From Capsulimonadales bacterium (lineage in GTDB: Bacteria; Armatimonadota; Armatimonadia; Armatimonadales; Armatimonadaceae), in NCBI GenBank assembly GCA_033762295.1, contig JANRLW010000043.1, positions 92,715 through 156,714 of the forward strand: DNA of 64,000 nucleotides. The letters are read 5' to 3'. This document shows positions 50,427 to 60,675 of this stretch, piece by piece (the stretch's first letter is position 1; the number at the start of each line of letters is the position of its first letter). Below the pieces are notes generated by a model. It saw only the letters and a list, made by a program, of their open reading frames with translations, was not told the DNA's origin and ran no database searches. A program made the translations under genes and the position numbers.

Positions 50427-53285
50427 TTACGGACGTTTCCCGCCCGGAGTTTCGACCGGTGCGTTCCCGGCCACGGCGTTTTCGAGTTGCCGGAGGGTCC
50501 GTCCCAATTCCTGGCTCAGCCGTCCGTACGCCGCGAAATCTCCGCCGCGCAGGGCCGCCTGAGCACGATCGTAGAGAGAGTTCGCCCGGCGAATGAGCGG
50601 GGCGCCGTCGGAGATCGGCGACCTGGCCGTAATCGGGGGTGGGGGCAACAGCGTGCGGAACGCTTCCCGCACGGTCGGTGCGAAACCCGAAGTCGAGGGG
50701 GTCGCCACGGCAATCTGCCGGAGCTGGGGAGGTGTCGCGGTCGTCGTATCGTCGGAATCGGATGGATTCGGCCGGATAAACAGCCCCTGGAGATAGTACA
50801 ACCGCTTCCCGGCGACCGGAATCACCCGGACCGAGCCGAACTCCATGTCGCCCATCGCCGTCCACTGGGGAGGTGCCGGTGCGACGGGCGGCGCGGTCCT
50901 GATCCGTCGGGCGATCTGCTCCGGACCCGGCGTTACCCGACGGCTGCCGAAACGGTAGAGAATCAATTCGCCGAAGTGAGGTTCGTCCGACCGCGCCACA
51001 AGCAGGGCGGTCAGATTGGATTTTCCCTCCGGAGTAAAGGGTGTGAGGGCCACGAACTCCGGCGGACCGTTCTCCTCCAACCGGGTTAGCCCGAAATAAG
51101 GTCGTTGTTCGGATGTCACCCCGGACACTGCGGACGCCCCGGCCGCTCCCTTGCCCGGTTCGCGCTGACGGATTTCCGTCTGTGGCAACCGCCAGATATT
51201 GGTACGGCTGTAAAAGGCGACCGGGTCCGCCGAATGATACTCCGTCAGTATCCGGCGTTGGGCAAGAAACAGATCGCGCGGGTAACGACGATGGCGGCGC
51301 AATGCGGTCGGCATTTCCGAAAGCGGACGAAACAGGTTCGGGAACGTTCGTTGATACGAGCGCAAAATCGGGTCCTGTTCATCCGTCACGTAGAGGGTAA
51401 CTTTCCCGTCATAGCCATCGATAACCGCCATGACGGAGGGACGAATGTAATTGTAAAGGGACGCCGGACTGACGTTATCCCGACCCATACTGAATGCGGA
51501 ATACGGATAGGCGTTGGTGGTCGTAAAGGCGTTCTGAATCCAGACTAACCGGCCGTCGTAGATGACCGGGCAGGACGTGCTGTCCAGCAGAAGGAACGGC
51601 GCGATCTTTTTCAGACGGAAGGCGATGTTTCGGTTGAACAGAAGCCGGGATTGGGCGGTTACCTCCCGCGAGAGAGCCAGGGAGAGCGCCGCGTAACGGA
51701 CCGCGAACGCGATCCGCGTGAGCGGGGTCAGGCGGATGCCGGCGGTTCCCGCGTACCGGTGGGGCTCGTCCGAGGCGGACGACGACGCCCCGAAAGCGAG
51801 TTCCGGCAGCAGGGCGTTGACAACGACGTAATCATCCAGGTTGGCGGTGTTGCCGAAATACAGATGCGGTTCGGTCAACGTCAGTTCCGAATGGGCGGAG
51901 ATCGGCGGAAGACCGCTCAACAGGTAATCGGGCGTTCCACCGGCGGCGGTTCCGGCCGCGACGACCGCTCCCATGCCATGCGTATACCGGAGATGAAGGT
52001 TCGTCCAGGTATAGGCGCGCGGGTCGAGTTGGGACGAGTTAATCTCTCGGGTGGCAATCTGAACCGTCGTCTCCCGGCCATCGATCCGGTAACGATCCGT
52101 TCTCGGCTGGGAAAAGGCGACAAAACGGCGGAAACCCTGGTTGGCCGATAGTTCCTCTGCGAGTATTTCCTCCTCCCGAACCGGAAAATTGGCCAGCAGT
52201 TCGTCATCCGATGCCTTTACGGCGGGGGACTCTTTCGCCTCCCATTCCCGGACCTGAATCCGATCCAATCCGTAGGCGGTCTGCGTTGCCCGCAATGCGC
52301 GGGAAAAGTAGGGCGCTTCCAGAGCCGCTTCATTGGGTATGACCTGAAGCCGGTAGAAAATCGGGGGCCAGAGGGTGCTCAATCCCTGAAACCCGAGCCA
52401 GACCACAAGGGAGACCATCGGTATATAGAGGGTTCGCAGACGAAAATTGACGAAAGACGCCACGGCAGCCAGAATCGCGATCACGCACATCGCCTGGTAA
52501 AGCGGCAACTTGGCATGAATTTCGGTGAAAAACGCTCCGACGACGCTGCCGTAATTCACCAGAAGGGCATAACGGTCGAGAAGATGCCCGATCGCCTGCA
52601 GAAGAAACGCAATACCGACAATCACCGAAAGGTGACTCCGGACGTGAGGCAACACGATCATATTCCCGGACGCCCGGTTGATTCCCTGCTGGTAAAGATA
52701 GACGAGGGCTACCCCGGCGCCGATCAGCAGGGTAATGGTCAGCGACCAGCCCTGTACGAACCGGAGAAACGGCAGAGTGAAGACGTAAAACCCGATATCG
52801 TGACCGAATTGCGGGTCGGCGACGTGAAACGGTTCCGGATGGGTGAAGCGGAGAAACTCATCCCATTGCTCCTGGGCGGAGAAGCCCGCGAAAACGGCGA
52901 AGACAAAGGCCCCGACCAGCAAGAGGGCGTCGAGAACGTAGCGGAGTCCGGAAAGCGTCCGCATCGTCCGTCCGATCGGTTTGCCGTCGGATACCGGGAA
53001 AAGCGCGGCCTTGCCGCCGGTCGGGACGCTCGACGGGGGCGATATCCGATCCGCCAGCCAGACGTTGAAATAGGCGAGGGCGAACGACGTGGCCCCGAAG
53101 ACGCAAAACAGGAAAACGCGCGTCCCGTAGACCTTCACAAAAACGGATTCCGTCGCCAATTCCCGGAACCAGAGCCAGTCCGTATACGTGACGGCGATCC
53201 GGTGGGAAAAGAACAGAAAGACGACGAGGAACCCGGCCGCAATCCATGCGGACCGCTGACGCAATTTGCCGCGACTTTCTTTCAC
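50427..53285 (-). CDS. UPF0182 family membrane protein
   Basis: TDWLWF, DPQFGHDIGFYVFTLP, HLRYTHG, YPYS, NYIRPSV; GTG start after a GAAAGGAG RBS. Confidence 0.9.
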   Translation of the reverse strand: MKESRGKLRQRSAWIAAGFLVVFLFFSHRIAVTYTDWLWFRELATESVFVKVYGTRVFLFCVFGATSFALAYFNVWLADRISPPSSVPTGGKAALFPVSDGKPIGRTMRTLSGLRYVLDALLLVGAFVFAVFAGFSAQEQWDEFLRFTHPEPFHVADPQFGHDIGFYVFTLPFLRFVQGWSLTITLLIGAGVALVYLYQQGINRASGNMIVLPHVRSHLSVIVGIAFLLQAIGHLLDRYALLVNYGSVVGAFFTEIHAKLPLYQAMCVIAILAAVASFVNFRLRTLYIPMVSLVVWLGFQGLSTLWPPIFYRLQVIPNEAALEAPYFSRALRATQTAYGLDRIQVREWEAKESPAVKASDDELLANFPVREEEILAEELSANQGFRRFVAFSQPRTDRYRIDGRETTVQIATREINSSQLDPRAYTWTNLHLRYTHGMGAVVAAGTAAGGTPDYLLSGLPPISAHSELTLTEPHLYFGNTANLDDYVVVNALLPELAFGASSSASDEPHRYAGTAGIRLTPLTRIAFAVRYAALSLALSREVTAQSRLLFNRNIAFRLKKIAPFLLLDSTSCPVIYDGRLVWIQNAFTTTNAYPYSAFSMGRDNVSPASLYNYIRPSVMAVIDGYDGKVTLYVTDEQDPILRSYQRTFPNLFRPLSEMPTALRRHRRYPRDLFLAQRRILTEYHSADPVAFYSRTNIWRLPQTEIRQREPGKGAAGASAVSGVTSEQRPYFGLTRLEENGPPEFVALTPFTPEGKSNLTALLVARSDEPHFGELILYRFGSRRVTPGPEQIARRIRTAPPVAPAPPQWTAMGDMEFGSVRVIPVAGKRLYYLQGLFIRPNPSDSDDTTTATPPQLRQIAVATPSTSGFAPTVREAFRTLLPPPPITARSPISDGAPLIRRANSLYDRAQAALRGGDFAAYGRLSQELGRTLRQLENAVAGNAPVETPGGKRP

Positions 53286-53585
53286 GTCACTCCTTTCCCA
53301 CGTTCGCTCCGGAACCGTGCGCCGTCCGACGGTGATGTTGGTCACCGTTGGGAACGATCCAATCGCCGAACGGACGCCGAAAACGATCGCCCGGGGGGCA
53401 TTCCGCCGGCGAAAACCCGTGCCATCCCGGGCGAGCGGAACCGCCAACGTCACCACGGCGTCCCTGCCGCCTTGAAGGCAACCGAGAGGTTTTCCATCCC
53501 ATTATATGTCACGCGGAACCTTTTGAAACGGGCGCGGTCGGTCAACCGGTGCGCGGGGTGGGGCGGAAAGGAAGGCGGAAACGTT

Positions 53586-55001
53586 ATGACGGCGATGAGC
53601 GAGGAAAATGCCGGTACGACGCCGGACCGGGGTCGAAACATTTTCGGTTCTCCGGAGGACAATGTCGGGCACCGACTGGGAGTCGGAATCGCGGTGTCCA
53701 TCGGACTGAATTCGATCCTGGTTCTGGGTTTGCCGAAACCGCCCCCCCTGCCCCGATCCTCTGCCGCCGCCCGTCTTCTTCGACCTGCGAACCCTCCGGA
53801 GACGACCGTCGGTCGGCGCGTGGAACCGTTAAGAGTCCTCGTGCCACGTCCCATGGTGACGCCGATGCCTCCGCACAAGACGTTCCGATCCCGGGTAAAC
53901 CCTACGTTGCAGGTCCGATCCGCGTTGACGGACCCGGCCCGCCCGGAGAGCGCTTCGGGAAAGCCGCCGCGCGTCGTCATCGTCCCCCGCGCATCCCCGA
54001 CGCCGACTCCGAAGGCGACGCCGACGGACCCGACCCGCGAGACCACAACCGAAATCGGCCGGGCGATCTCCCTCGGAGCGCTTGATCCGGCGATTCGTCT
54101 CTTGCGCCAGCGGGGGAGCGCGGCCGATCCCGGCGAACCGGCCGCTTATCCGGGGGAAATCCGCTCGTTCAGCGAACCGATCCGGTCGGGACTTCCATCG
54201 CCGGTGACATCCCGTGGCGAAAGCACGACCGCTGACACGGTTCGGAGGGATACGGAAGCAAACGGCATCGGCCCGGCGGTCTACGGTGTCGAAAGTCGAA
54301 TTATGGCCTGGATCGCAGGAATTCCGGGGAGCGGGTCCCGGACCCCGCAGGGAGCGCCCGAGAAATCCTCCGACGGGCCAATCGACCGATGGGGGGCGGT
54401 CCGGAACGGAGAGGCATCTCCCGAGGTTCGGGGGGGTGGTCGACACTCGGTTGTGGAAGGGATCGGCGACGGGGGAAACGCCGCCCGATCCACGGTCGGC
54501 GGCGCGGGGGAGCCAATGACGGAGTCGGGAACGCAGGACGGAGCGGTACGGGTCGGGAAAATCGGAGGGGAGGAGATTCCCCTCAGCAGTTCGGGGTCGT
54601 CCGACCCGGGAGCGGTCGCGCTTCGAAAAGGACACGGTGGGAACGATCCGTTCGGAGGGGGACCGCTCGGAATCCGCCGTACCGTCGCGGAACGACCCGA
54701 TCGGCCGTGGATGGAGCAACCGGAGGAACCGGTCTTCTCGGTCAATGCGCCCCATCCGGTGCATAAACCGGTCTTCCGAACGCCGGAGTCACTGCGTCGA
54801 CGGAGAGTCCGCGGGATACTGGAGGCGCGAACGACAATCAAAAAGAACGGTCGGACGGAGATAACGCTTCTCAAAAGCAGTGGCGACCCGGAAGCCGATC
54901 AGGTCGTGCTGGAGTATTTGCGTGGCTGGACCTGGGAACCTGCCCGGCAAAACGGCGAAGCGATCGACTGCGTTCGATTGGTTCGGTTCCGCATCGAATA
55001 A
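53586..55001 (+). CDS. TonB-like energy transducer (TM helix, long low-complexity linker, TonB C-terminal domain)
   Basis: Hydrophobic segment IAVSIGLNSILVLGL; C-terminal KSSGDPEADQ...WTWEPARQNG...VRF. Confidence 0.72.
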   Translation: MTAMSEENAGTTPDRGRNIFGSPEDNVGHRLGVGIAVSIGLNSILVLGLPKPPPLPRSSAAARLLRPANPPETTVGRRVEPLRVLVPRPMVTPMPPHKTFRSRVNPTLQVRSALTDPARPESASGKPPRVVIVPRASPTPTPKATPTDPTRETTTEIGRAISLGALDPAIRLLRQRGSAADPGEPAAYPGEIRSFSEPIRSGLPSPVTSRGESTTADTVRRDTEANGIGPAVYGVESRIMAWIAGIPGSGSRTPQGAPEKSSDGPIDRWGAVRNGEASPEVRGGGRHSVVEGIGDGGNAARSTVGGAGEPMTESGTQDGAVRVGKIGGEEIPLSSSGSSDPGAVALRKGHGGNDPFGGGPLGIRRTVAERPDRPWMEQPEEPVFSVNAPHPVHKPVFRTPESLRRRRVRGILEARTTIKKNGRTEITLLKSSGDPEADQVVLEYLRGWTWEPARQNGEAIDCVRLVRFRIE

Positions 55002-55060
55002 TGCCGGGGACGTACGTGCCGCCCTTCCCGCCCAATGGGACGGAAAGGGCGGCGTTCGGG

Positions 55061-56191
55061 CTAATTACTGGCCTCGGCGAGGCGGATACGCAGCGTTTTC
55101 TCGCCGTTCGGGCGCAGTACCTTGACGGAAACCGTATCCCCCGGTGACTTCGCCCGGAGAATGCGCTGGAACGTCCCACTGCCATCCACCGATTGACCGT
55201 CGATTTCCGTGATGATATCGCCCGGACGAATGCCCGCAACGAAACCGGGCGCGTTTCGGAATACCCCTCGAACGATCAGGCCCTGCTGAACCGGCAGATC
55301 ATAGTACTGTGCGATCTGCGGATTGTTATTGGCGTATTCGATGCCGACCAAAACCCGTCGGATACGGCCGGTGGTCACCAGTTGGTTGGCGACGTCCCGG
55401 GCGACATTGATCGGGACCGCGAAGCCCAGTCCTTCCGCGCCACCCCGCAGCACCGCCGTGTTGATTCCGATGACCCGACCCTGCGAATCGAGGAGGGGGC
55501 CGCCGGAGTTACCCGGGTTGATGGCGGCGTCGGTTTGAATGAAGCCTTCCACATCGTCCTGGCTGATCCTTCGATTGAGGGCGGAAACCACTCCGGTAGT
55601 GACGGTTTGATCGAGGCCGAGCGGGTTTCCGATCGCGATCGCATTCTGACCCACTTCGATTTTGTCCGAGTTGCCCAGCGCCGCCTGCGGAAGGTTGGTC
55701 GCCGTCACCTTCACCACCGCGATATCGACCATCGTATCCTTGCCCAGAACCGTACCGCGAAGTTCCTTGGCGTTCTTCAGCTTGATGCCGACCGTCCGGG
55801 AGTCGCCGACGACGTGGGCATTGGTCAGGATGATTCCTTTACGGCTGTCGATGATGACCCCGGAACCGAGTCCCCGCTCCGGAAGCACGGTAACCACGGC
55901 GGGCGACACCTGTTTGGCGACGCGGATCGTACTCTGCTCCTCGGTCGTAATCGCTCCGACGGTGGAGTTATCGACCGAACCGACCGCCGAGGTCGTCACG
56001 GCGGAGACGGTCGCGGGAGTGGCGGCGGGCGTTTCCGCCGGGGCCTGAGCGACGGCGGGCGACCGGTCCGGCGCGGTCAGGTTTTCGCCGATGCCGAAAC
56101 AGGCGCCGAGGAGCAGGCCGCCAATCCCGAGAGCGACGGTTTTGGCCAGGAAAGAACGGACATTATGGAAGGGTTCGTTGTTTAGGTTCAC
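55061..56191 (-). CDS. HtrA/DegP-like serine protease with PDZ domain
   Basis: LTNAHVV, DIAVVK, IQTDAAINPGNSGGPL, GIRPGDII. Confidence 0.93.
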   Translation of the reverse strand: MNLNNEPFHNVRSFLAKTVALGIGGLLLGACFGIGENLTAPDRSPAVAQAPAETPAATPATVSAVTTSAVGSVDNSTVGAITTEEQSTIRVAKQVSPAVVTVLPERGLGSGVIIDSRKGIILTNAHVVGDSRTVGIKLKNAKELRGTVLGKDTMVDIAVVKVTATNLPQAALGNSDKIEVGQNAIAIGNPLGLDQTVTTGVVSALNRRISQDDVEGFIQTDAAINPGNSGGPLLDSQGRVIGINTAVLRGGAEGLGFAVPINVARDVANQLVTTGRIRRVLVGIEYANNNPQIAQYYDLPVQQGLIVRGVFRNAPGFVAGIRPGDIITEIDGQSVDGSGTFQRILRAKSPGDTVSVKVLRPNGEKTLRIRLAEASN

Positions 56192-56373
56192 GCTGCCTGA
56201 TACCTTTCGGGAGGTTCCGCTTGTTTCATACGGGCGAAACCCCGGAAAAGTTCACCCCGAATTAGGTGTGGACGCCGCCGAAACCCGTATTTCTCCGCGT
56301 ATCATGAGGGGCGGACGAACGGCAACACTACCGGGGAATATGGTGGCGATTTTGTCGATTGAGGGAAGGGACC

Positions 56374-56871
56374 ATGAGAAAGACGGTTTATCGGATCGGG
56401 ATGGGCGCGGTATGGACCGCGATGCTGGCCACGTTCGGCTGCTCGCCGGAAACGGTCGAGTCGGCGAAGCGAGACATCGATCGAAATACGACCACGCTGC
56501 GAGAAACGACCCGCGAGATCGAGCGAAAGGCCAAGCCGGTGCTGGAAGCCGCCAAACCGGTGACGAACGCCGTGAAGAAAGAGGCGGATCAGAAGGTGGA
56601 ACAGCTCAAGATCGGCGTTCGAGTCACCGCCGCGTTGAAGGCGAACGAAAACCTTCCGTCAACGATCCGTGTCGACGCCGGACCGGACGCCCAGCGAGTG
56701 ACGCTTCGAGGCACGGTCGCGACCGCCGAACAGAAAGCGTTGGCCGAACGGATCGCGCGGGAGACGGTCGGGAAGGGTAAGGAAGTCCGCAATGATTTGA
56801 AGGTGGATGCCGGGGCGGAGCGGGAAGACCGAAACGAAGCGAAAGATTCTGTGAAGTCGTCCAAAGAGTGA
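56374..56871 (+). CDS. BON domain lipoprotein
   Basis: Lipobox-like TFGC; VTAAL...IRVDA...VTLRGTV...VRNDLKV. Confidence 0.82.
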   Translation: MRKTVYRIGMGAVWTAMLATFGCSPETVESAKRDIDRNTTTLRETTREIERKAKPVLEAAKPVTNAVKKEADQKVEQLKIGVRVTAALKANENLPSTIRVDAGPDAQRVTLRGTVATAEQKALAERIARETVGKGKEVRNDLKVDAGAEREDRNEAKDSVKSSKE

Positions 56872-56949
56872 CGCGAACCCTACAGGCGCGTCCTCCGTCG
56901 TGTGTGCGAAACACCTGCGTCAATGCAGGCAAGACGGAGGAGTACACCC

Positions 56950-57435
56950 ATGAAAACACAGTTCGGGCCGTGGGCGTCGTTCGCGGTCCTGACGTTGATG
57001 CTGACCGTGACCGGATGTCAGAATACCGCTGAGGGCATCGCCCAGGACACCAACCGGAACACGCAGGTGGTCGCTGAGGAGACCCGCGAGGCGGGTCAGA
57101 AGATCGAGGAAGGCGTCGAACAGACCGGGGCGGCGGTCAAGGAGGGGGCGGAAACCGCCGGGGCGGCGGTTGTTACCGGTGCCAAGAAGGCGGGTGAAGC
57201 GGTCGAAAACGTCGGCGAGCGCTCCGAGGATCTGACACGTGTCAAAGCGGCATTTGCCGCTAATGCCAAACTGAGCGCATTTCAAATCGATGTCGACACC
57301 ATGGCCGACGGAACCGGCGTCGTCCTGAAGGGCAGCGTCGCCACCGCCGAGGAGAAGGCGCTGGCCGAACGTGTGGCGAAGCAAACTCTGGAGCAGGGCA
57401 AGAAAGTCCAAAATCAGCTGACCGTCGGACGATAA
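56950..57435 (+). CDS. BON domain lipoprotein
   Basis: VTGC lipobox; IDVDT...VVLKGSV...VQNQLTV. Confidence 0.82.
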   Translation: MKTQFGPWASFAVLTLMLTVTGCQNTAEGIAQDTNRNTQVVAEETREAGQKIEEGVEQTGAAVKEGAETAGAAVVTGAKKAGEAVENVGERSEDLTRVKAAFAANAKLSAFQIDVDTMADGTGVVLKGSVATAEEKALAERVAKQTLEQGKKVQNQLTVGR

Positions 57436-57552
57436 TCGACGGCAGGATGACGTGTTCTCGTCAACGGGCGGGGAGTTCCGAAAAGGGGACTGCCCGCCTT
57501 TTTCCCGTCGGAACACGGACGTTTTGGGATCGTTTTCAGGCATAATGCAGGT

Positions 57553-58431
57553 ATGCGGAAGATCGGATTTATCGGCCTGGGGCTGATGGGCTACCCCATG
57601 GCGCTGAATATCGCCCGCGCCGGGTTTCCACTGACGGTTTTCAATCGGACGCGCGTCAAGGCCGAACGGCTGGCGCAGGAGGCGAACGCGGATGTCGCGG
57701 AGACGCCGCGCGCGGTCGCCGAACGCTCCGAGGTGGTGATCACCATGGTTTCCGACGTCCCCGATGTCGAGGCGGTCTACCTGGGGGCGGACGGCATTCG
57801 GGAAGCCGCTCGTCCGGGGCTCGTTTGCATCGATATGGGAACGGTCGGGGCGGACTGCGTCCGGCGCGTGGGCGCGGCGCTGGCCGAACACGGGACCGGG
57901 CTGCTGGACGCGCCGGTCTCCGGTGGCGTCTGGGGAGCGCAGCAGGGAACTCTCTCGATCATGGCGGGCGGATCGGACGACGATTTTCATATCGCCCTTC
58001 CCGTTTTCGAGGCGATGGGCAAGAAAATCGTCCATTGCGGCCCCCTCGGCACCGGTCAAACCACGAAACTGGTCAATCAGGTTGTCGGCGCGGTCAATCT
58101 GGAGGCGGTCTGTGAGGGAATGAAACTGGCGGAAGCGTCCGGCGCGGACGTCGGCAAGGTCATCGAGGCGGTCGGCGCGGGCGCGGCGGGGTCCTGGGCC
58201 TGGTCCAACCTGGGACCGCGTATCTTGAATCGGGATTTCGAACCAGGATTCAAAATCGCCCACCAGATCAAGGACCTCCGGCTGGCGCTGGAGGCGGCGG
58301 AAGCCGCCGGTATATCCCTGCCGGGCGCTCGTCTCGTGCTCGAGCAGATGCGAATTGCCGCCGCGACCCTTCCGGACGGCGAGAACCGTGGGACGCAGGG
58401 GATGTACCTGGTCGTCGGAGCGAAGGAATAG
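57553..58431 (+). CDS. 3-hydroxyisobutyrate dehydrogenase/tartronate semialdehyde reductase family
   Basis: IGFIGLGLMGYPMA, LDAPVSGG, KLVNQ, KDL. Confidence 0.9.
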   Translation: MRKIGFIGLGLMGYPMALNIARAGFPLTVFNRTRVKAERLAQEANADVAETPRAVAERSEVVITMVSDVPDVEAVYLGADGIREAARPGLVCIDMGTVGADCVRRVGAALAEHGTGLLDAPVSGGVWGAQQGTLSIMAGGSDDDFHIALPVFEAMGKKIVHCGPLGTGQTTKLVNQVVGAVNLEAVCEGMKLAEASGADVGKVIEAVGAGAAGSWAWSNLGPRILNRDFEPGFKIAHQIKDLRLALEAAEAAGISLPGARLVLEQMRIAAATLPDGENRGTQGMYLVVGAKE

Positions 58432-58438
58432 GCCGAAC

Positions 58439-59455
58439 ATGAGCATCGACGGAGCGCCGGTTCGCTGGGGGGTTCTCGGTACGGCACGGATCTTCGAACG
58501 AAGAATGGCCCCGGCCTTTGCCGCCGCCCGCAACGCCGAACTCATTGCCATCGCCTCCCGTTCCGAGGAAAAGGCGGCGGCCTCGGCTCAGCGCCACGGC
58601 ATCCCTCGCGCTTTCGGCTCCTATGATACGCTTCTCGCCGACGACGAGGTGGAGGCCGTTTATATTCCGTTGCCCAACGACCAGCACCGGGAATGGACTC
58701 TGCGCGCCCTGGAAGCCGGAAAACATGTCCTCTGCGACAAACCCGCCGCCCTTACCTACGCCGATGCCGCTCTGATGAGCGATACCGCCGCCGCGAAGAA
58801 CCTGCGCCTGATGGAAGGGTTCATGTGGCGGCACCATCCGCAGCACGCGCGTATCCGTGAAATCATCGAGGGGGGCGAACTGGGAACGATCGTTCACTTC
58901 CGGGGAGCGTTCACCTACCCGGCGGTGCGTGACCGGAATAACATCCGCTGGCAGGCGGCCGGTGGCGGCGCGTTCTGGGATGTCGGCGTCTATCCGGTCA
59001 ACGCAGCGCGGTTCCATTTCGGCGGGGAACCGGTCGCCGTTCAGGCGGTCGCGCGCCGGGACGACGAAACCGGGATCGATCTGCATACGGTCGGGATTCT
59101 GGAGTGGGCCGAAGGCCGCACGGCGTCGTTCGTCTGCGGGTTCGATCAGGCCTTCGCGTCCACCTATACGGTTATCGGGGACCGGGGCAGCGTCACCGCC
59201 GAACGTGGCTTCCAGATCGGTGAATCCGGCGTCGACCTGACGATCCGCATCGGCGATTCCGAAATCCGGACGGAGCATTTCCCCCACCTGCTACAGTACG
59301 CGCGGGAAATCGAGGACTTTTCCGCGTGCATCCGCGATGTTTCCCTTTCCCTGACACCGGGAGAGGACGGTCGCGCTCAGGCGGCGGTCACGGAGGCGCT
59401 GGCGCGTGCCGCCCGCGAACGACGAACGGTTGAAATCTCCGAGATCACCGGGTAA
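58439..59455 (+). CDS. Gfo/Idh/MocA family oxidoreductase
   Basis: RWGVLGTARI, VYIPLPN, GKHVLCDKP, GGAFWDVGVY. Confidence 0.9.
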   Translation: MSIDGAPVRWGVLGTARIFERRMAPAFAAARNAELIAIASRSEEKAAASAQRHGIPRAFGSYDTLLADDEVEAVYIPLPNDQHREWTLRALEAGKHVLCDKPAALTYADAALMSDTAAAKNLRLMEGFMWRHHPQHARIREIIEGGELGTIVHFRGAFTYPAVRDRNNIRWQAAGGGAFWDVGVYPVNAARFHFGGEPVAVQAVARRDDETGIDLHTVGILEWAEGRTASFVCGFDQAFASTYTVIGDRGSVTAERGFQIGESGVDLTIRIGDSEIRTEHFPHLLQYAREIEDFSACIRDVSLSLTPGEDGRAQAAVTEALARAARERRTVEISEITG

Positions 59456-59465
59456 CCTTTCCAGT

Positions 59466-60002
59466 GTGAACGAGCAGACCCAACTCATCGTCTACGCCTG
59501 CCCGACCGGTTCTCTAAGCGAGCGGATCGAGGAGTATTACGCCCGAACCGAACGGGATTTCGGTCGGAACAAAGCGCACGACTACATGCCGCATATCACC
59601 CTGACCGGCTTTTTCCGGGACGATGCGGCGGCGATTCCCCGGTATGTGCCCGCTCTGGAACGCGCGGTCTTTGACCTGCCGTCCGAACCGGTCGTCGTCA
59701 CCATCACCGGGATGCTCCTGTTGCCGGACTTCATCGGGCTGACGATCGAAGCGGAGGATCTGCGGGAGCGGATCGCGGGTTTCTCCCGTCTCGCCGTGTC
59801 GCCGACCCGTACCGAGGCGATCCGGCTGAAGGACAACCTGCACGTCAGCCTGGCCTACGGTTTTCCGGAGACGCAGTTTGACGCGCTGTCCGGTCTGGCC
59901 ACCGCGATGGTCGATCCGACCCAACCGGTCGCCTGGGACCTGCGCTTCTACGAACGGCGACCGGGGAACGAATGGCTCTGCCACTACTCCCGGCCGCTCT
60001 GA
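59466..60002 (+). CDS. 2H phosphoesterase superfamily protein
   Basis: Two HxT/S motifs: PHITL and LHVSL. Confidence 0.75.
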   Translation: MNEQTQLIVYACPTGSLSERIEEYYARTERDFGRNKAHDYMPHITLTGFFRDDAAAIPRYVPALERAVFDLPSEPVVVTITGMLLLPDFIGLTIEAEDLRERIAGFSRLAVSPTRTEAIRLKDNLHVSLAYGFPETQFDALSGLATAMVDPTQPVAWDLRFYERRPGNEWLCHYSRPL

Positions 60003-60625
60003 GGGTCGCCGCCCCGACGTAACGCGCGACCGGGATTACCGACAATCACCGTTCCCGGCGGAACGTCACGAAGGACGACGCTCCCCATACCGATCACGCT
60101 GTGCCGACCGATGCGAACGTACTGGCGCACGGTGCACGATTGACCGAGGTAAACGCCCTCCTCGACGAACACGGAACCTGCGAGGGAAACGTCGCTCGCG
60201 AGTACCACCCGATCCTCCAATACGACGTCGTGGTTGATGACGCACCCGCTCAGACAGAAAGTACGGTTCCCGAGACGGGCGTTCAGGCCGACGAAACCGT
60301 GCGGATAGAGAACGCTTCCCGCGCCGATCCGCGCCGTTCGGGAGACGAAGACGCTCGGATCGATCAGCGAGACGAGGCGGTCGCCGGGAATGTCTTCGTG
60401 CCGCCATTCGTTGTCGGGGACCAGGAACGCCTCCGGATAGTCGTCGAGAACGGTGCGCGGACCCAGAACCGGGTAGCCGTTCCGTTCACGCTCCGTCGGT
60501 ATTTCCCGGCCGGTCACATACCCGAGAAGGTTCCACGTCGGCGTCGTGCGGTTGATCCGTTCGACGATTTCCGCCATCTCCGCCCCGTGGACACCGTCGC
60601 CGAGAAGGATCAGGTCGCGTGGCAT
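59984..60625 (-). CDS. PglD/NeuD-like hexapeptide-repeat acetyltransferase
   Basis: Hexapeptide repeats, INHD, IGMGSVVLRDVP, GNPGR. Confidence 0.85.
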   Translation of the reverse strand: MPRDLILLGDGVHGAEMAEIVERINRTTPTWNLLGYVTGREIPTERERNGYPVLGPRTVLDDYPEAFLVPDNEWRHEDIPGDRLVSLIDPSVFVSRTARIGAGSVLYPHGFVGLNARLGNRTFCLSGCVINHDVVLEDRVVLASDVSLAGSVFVEEGVYLGQSCTVRQYVRIGRHSVIGMGSVVLRDVPPGTVIVGNPGRALRRGGDPQSGRE

Positions 60626-60675
60626 GGAATAGAATAGAGACGAATTCGGGATCGTGTCAAGGGAGGGTTGGGGCG

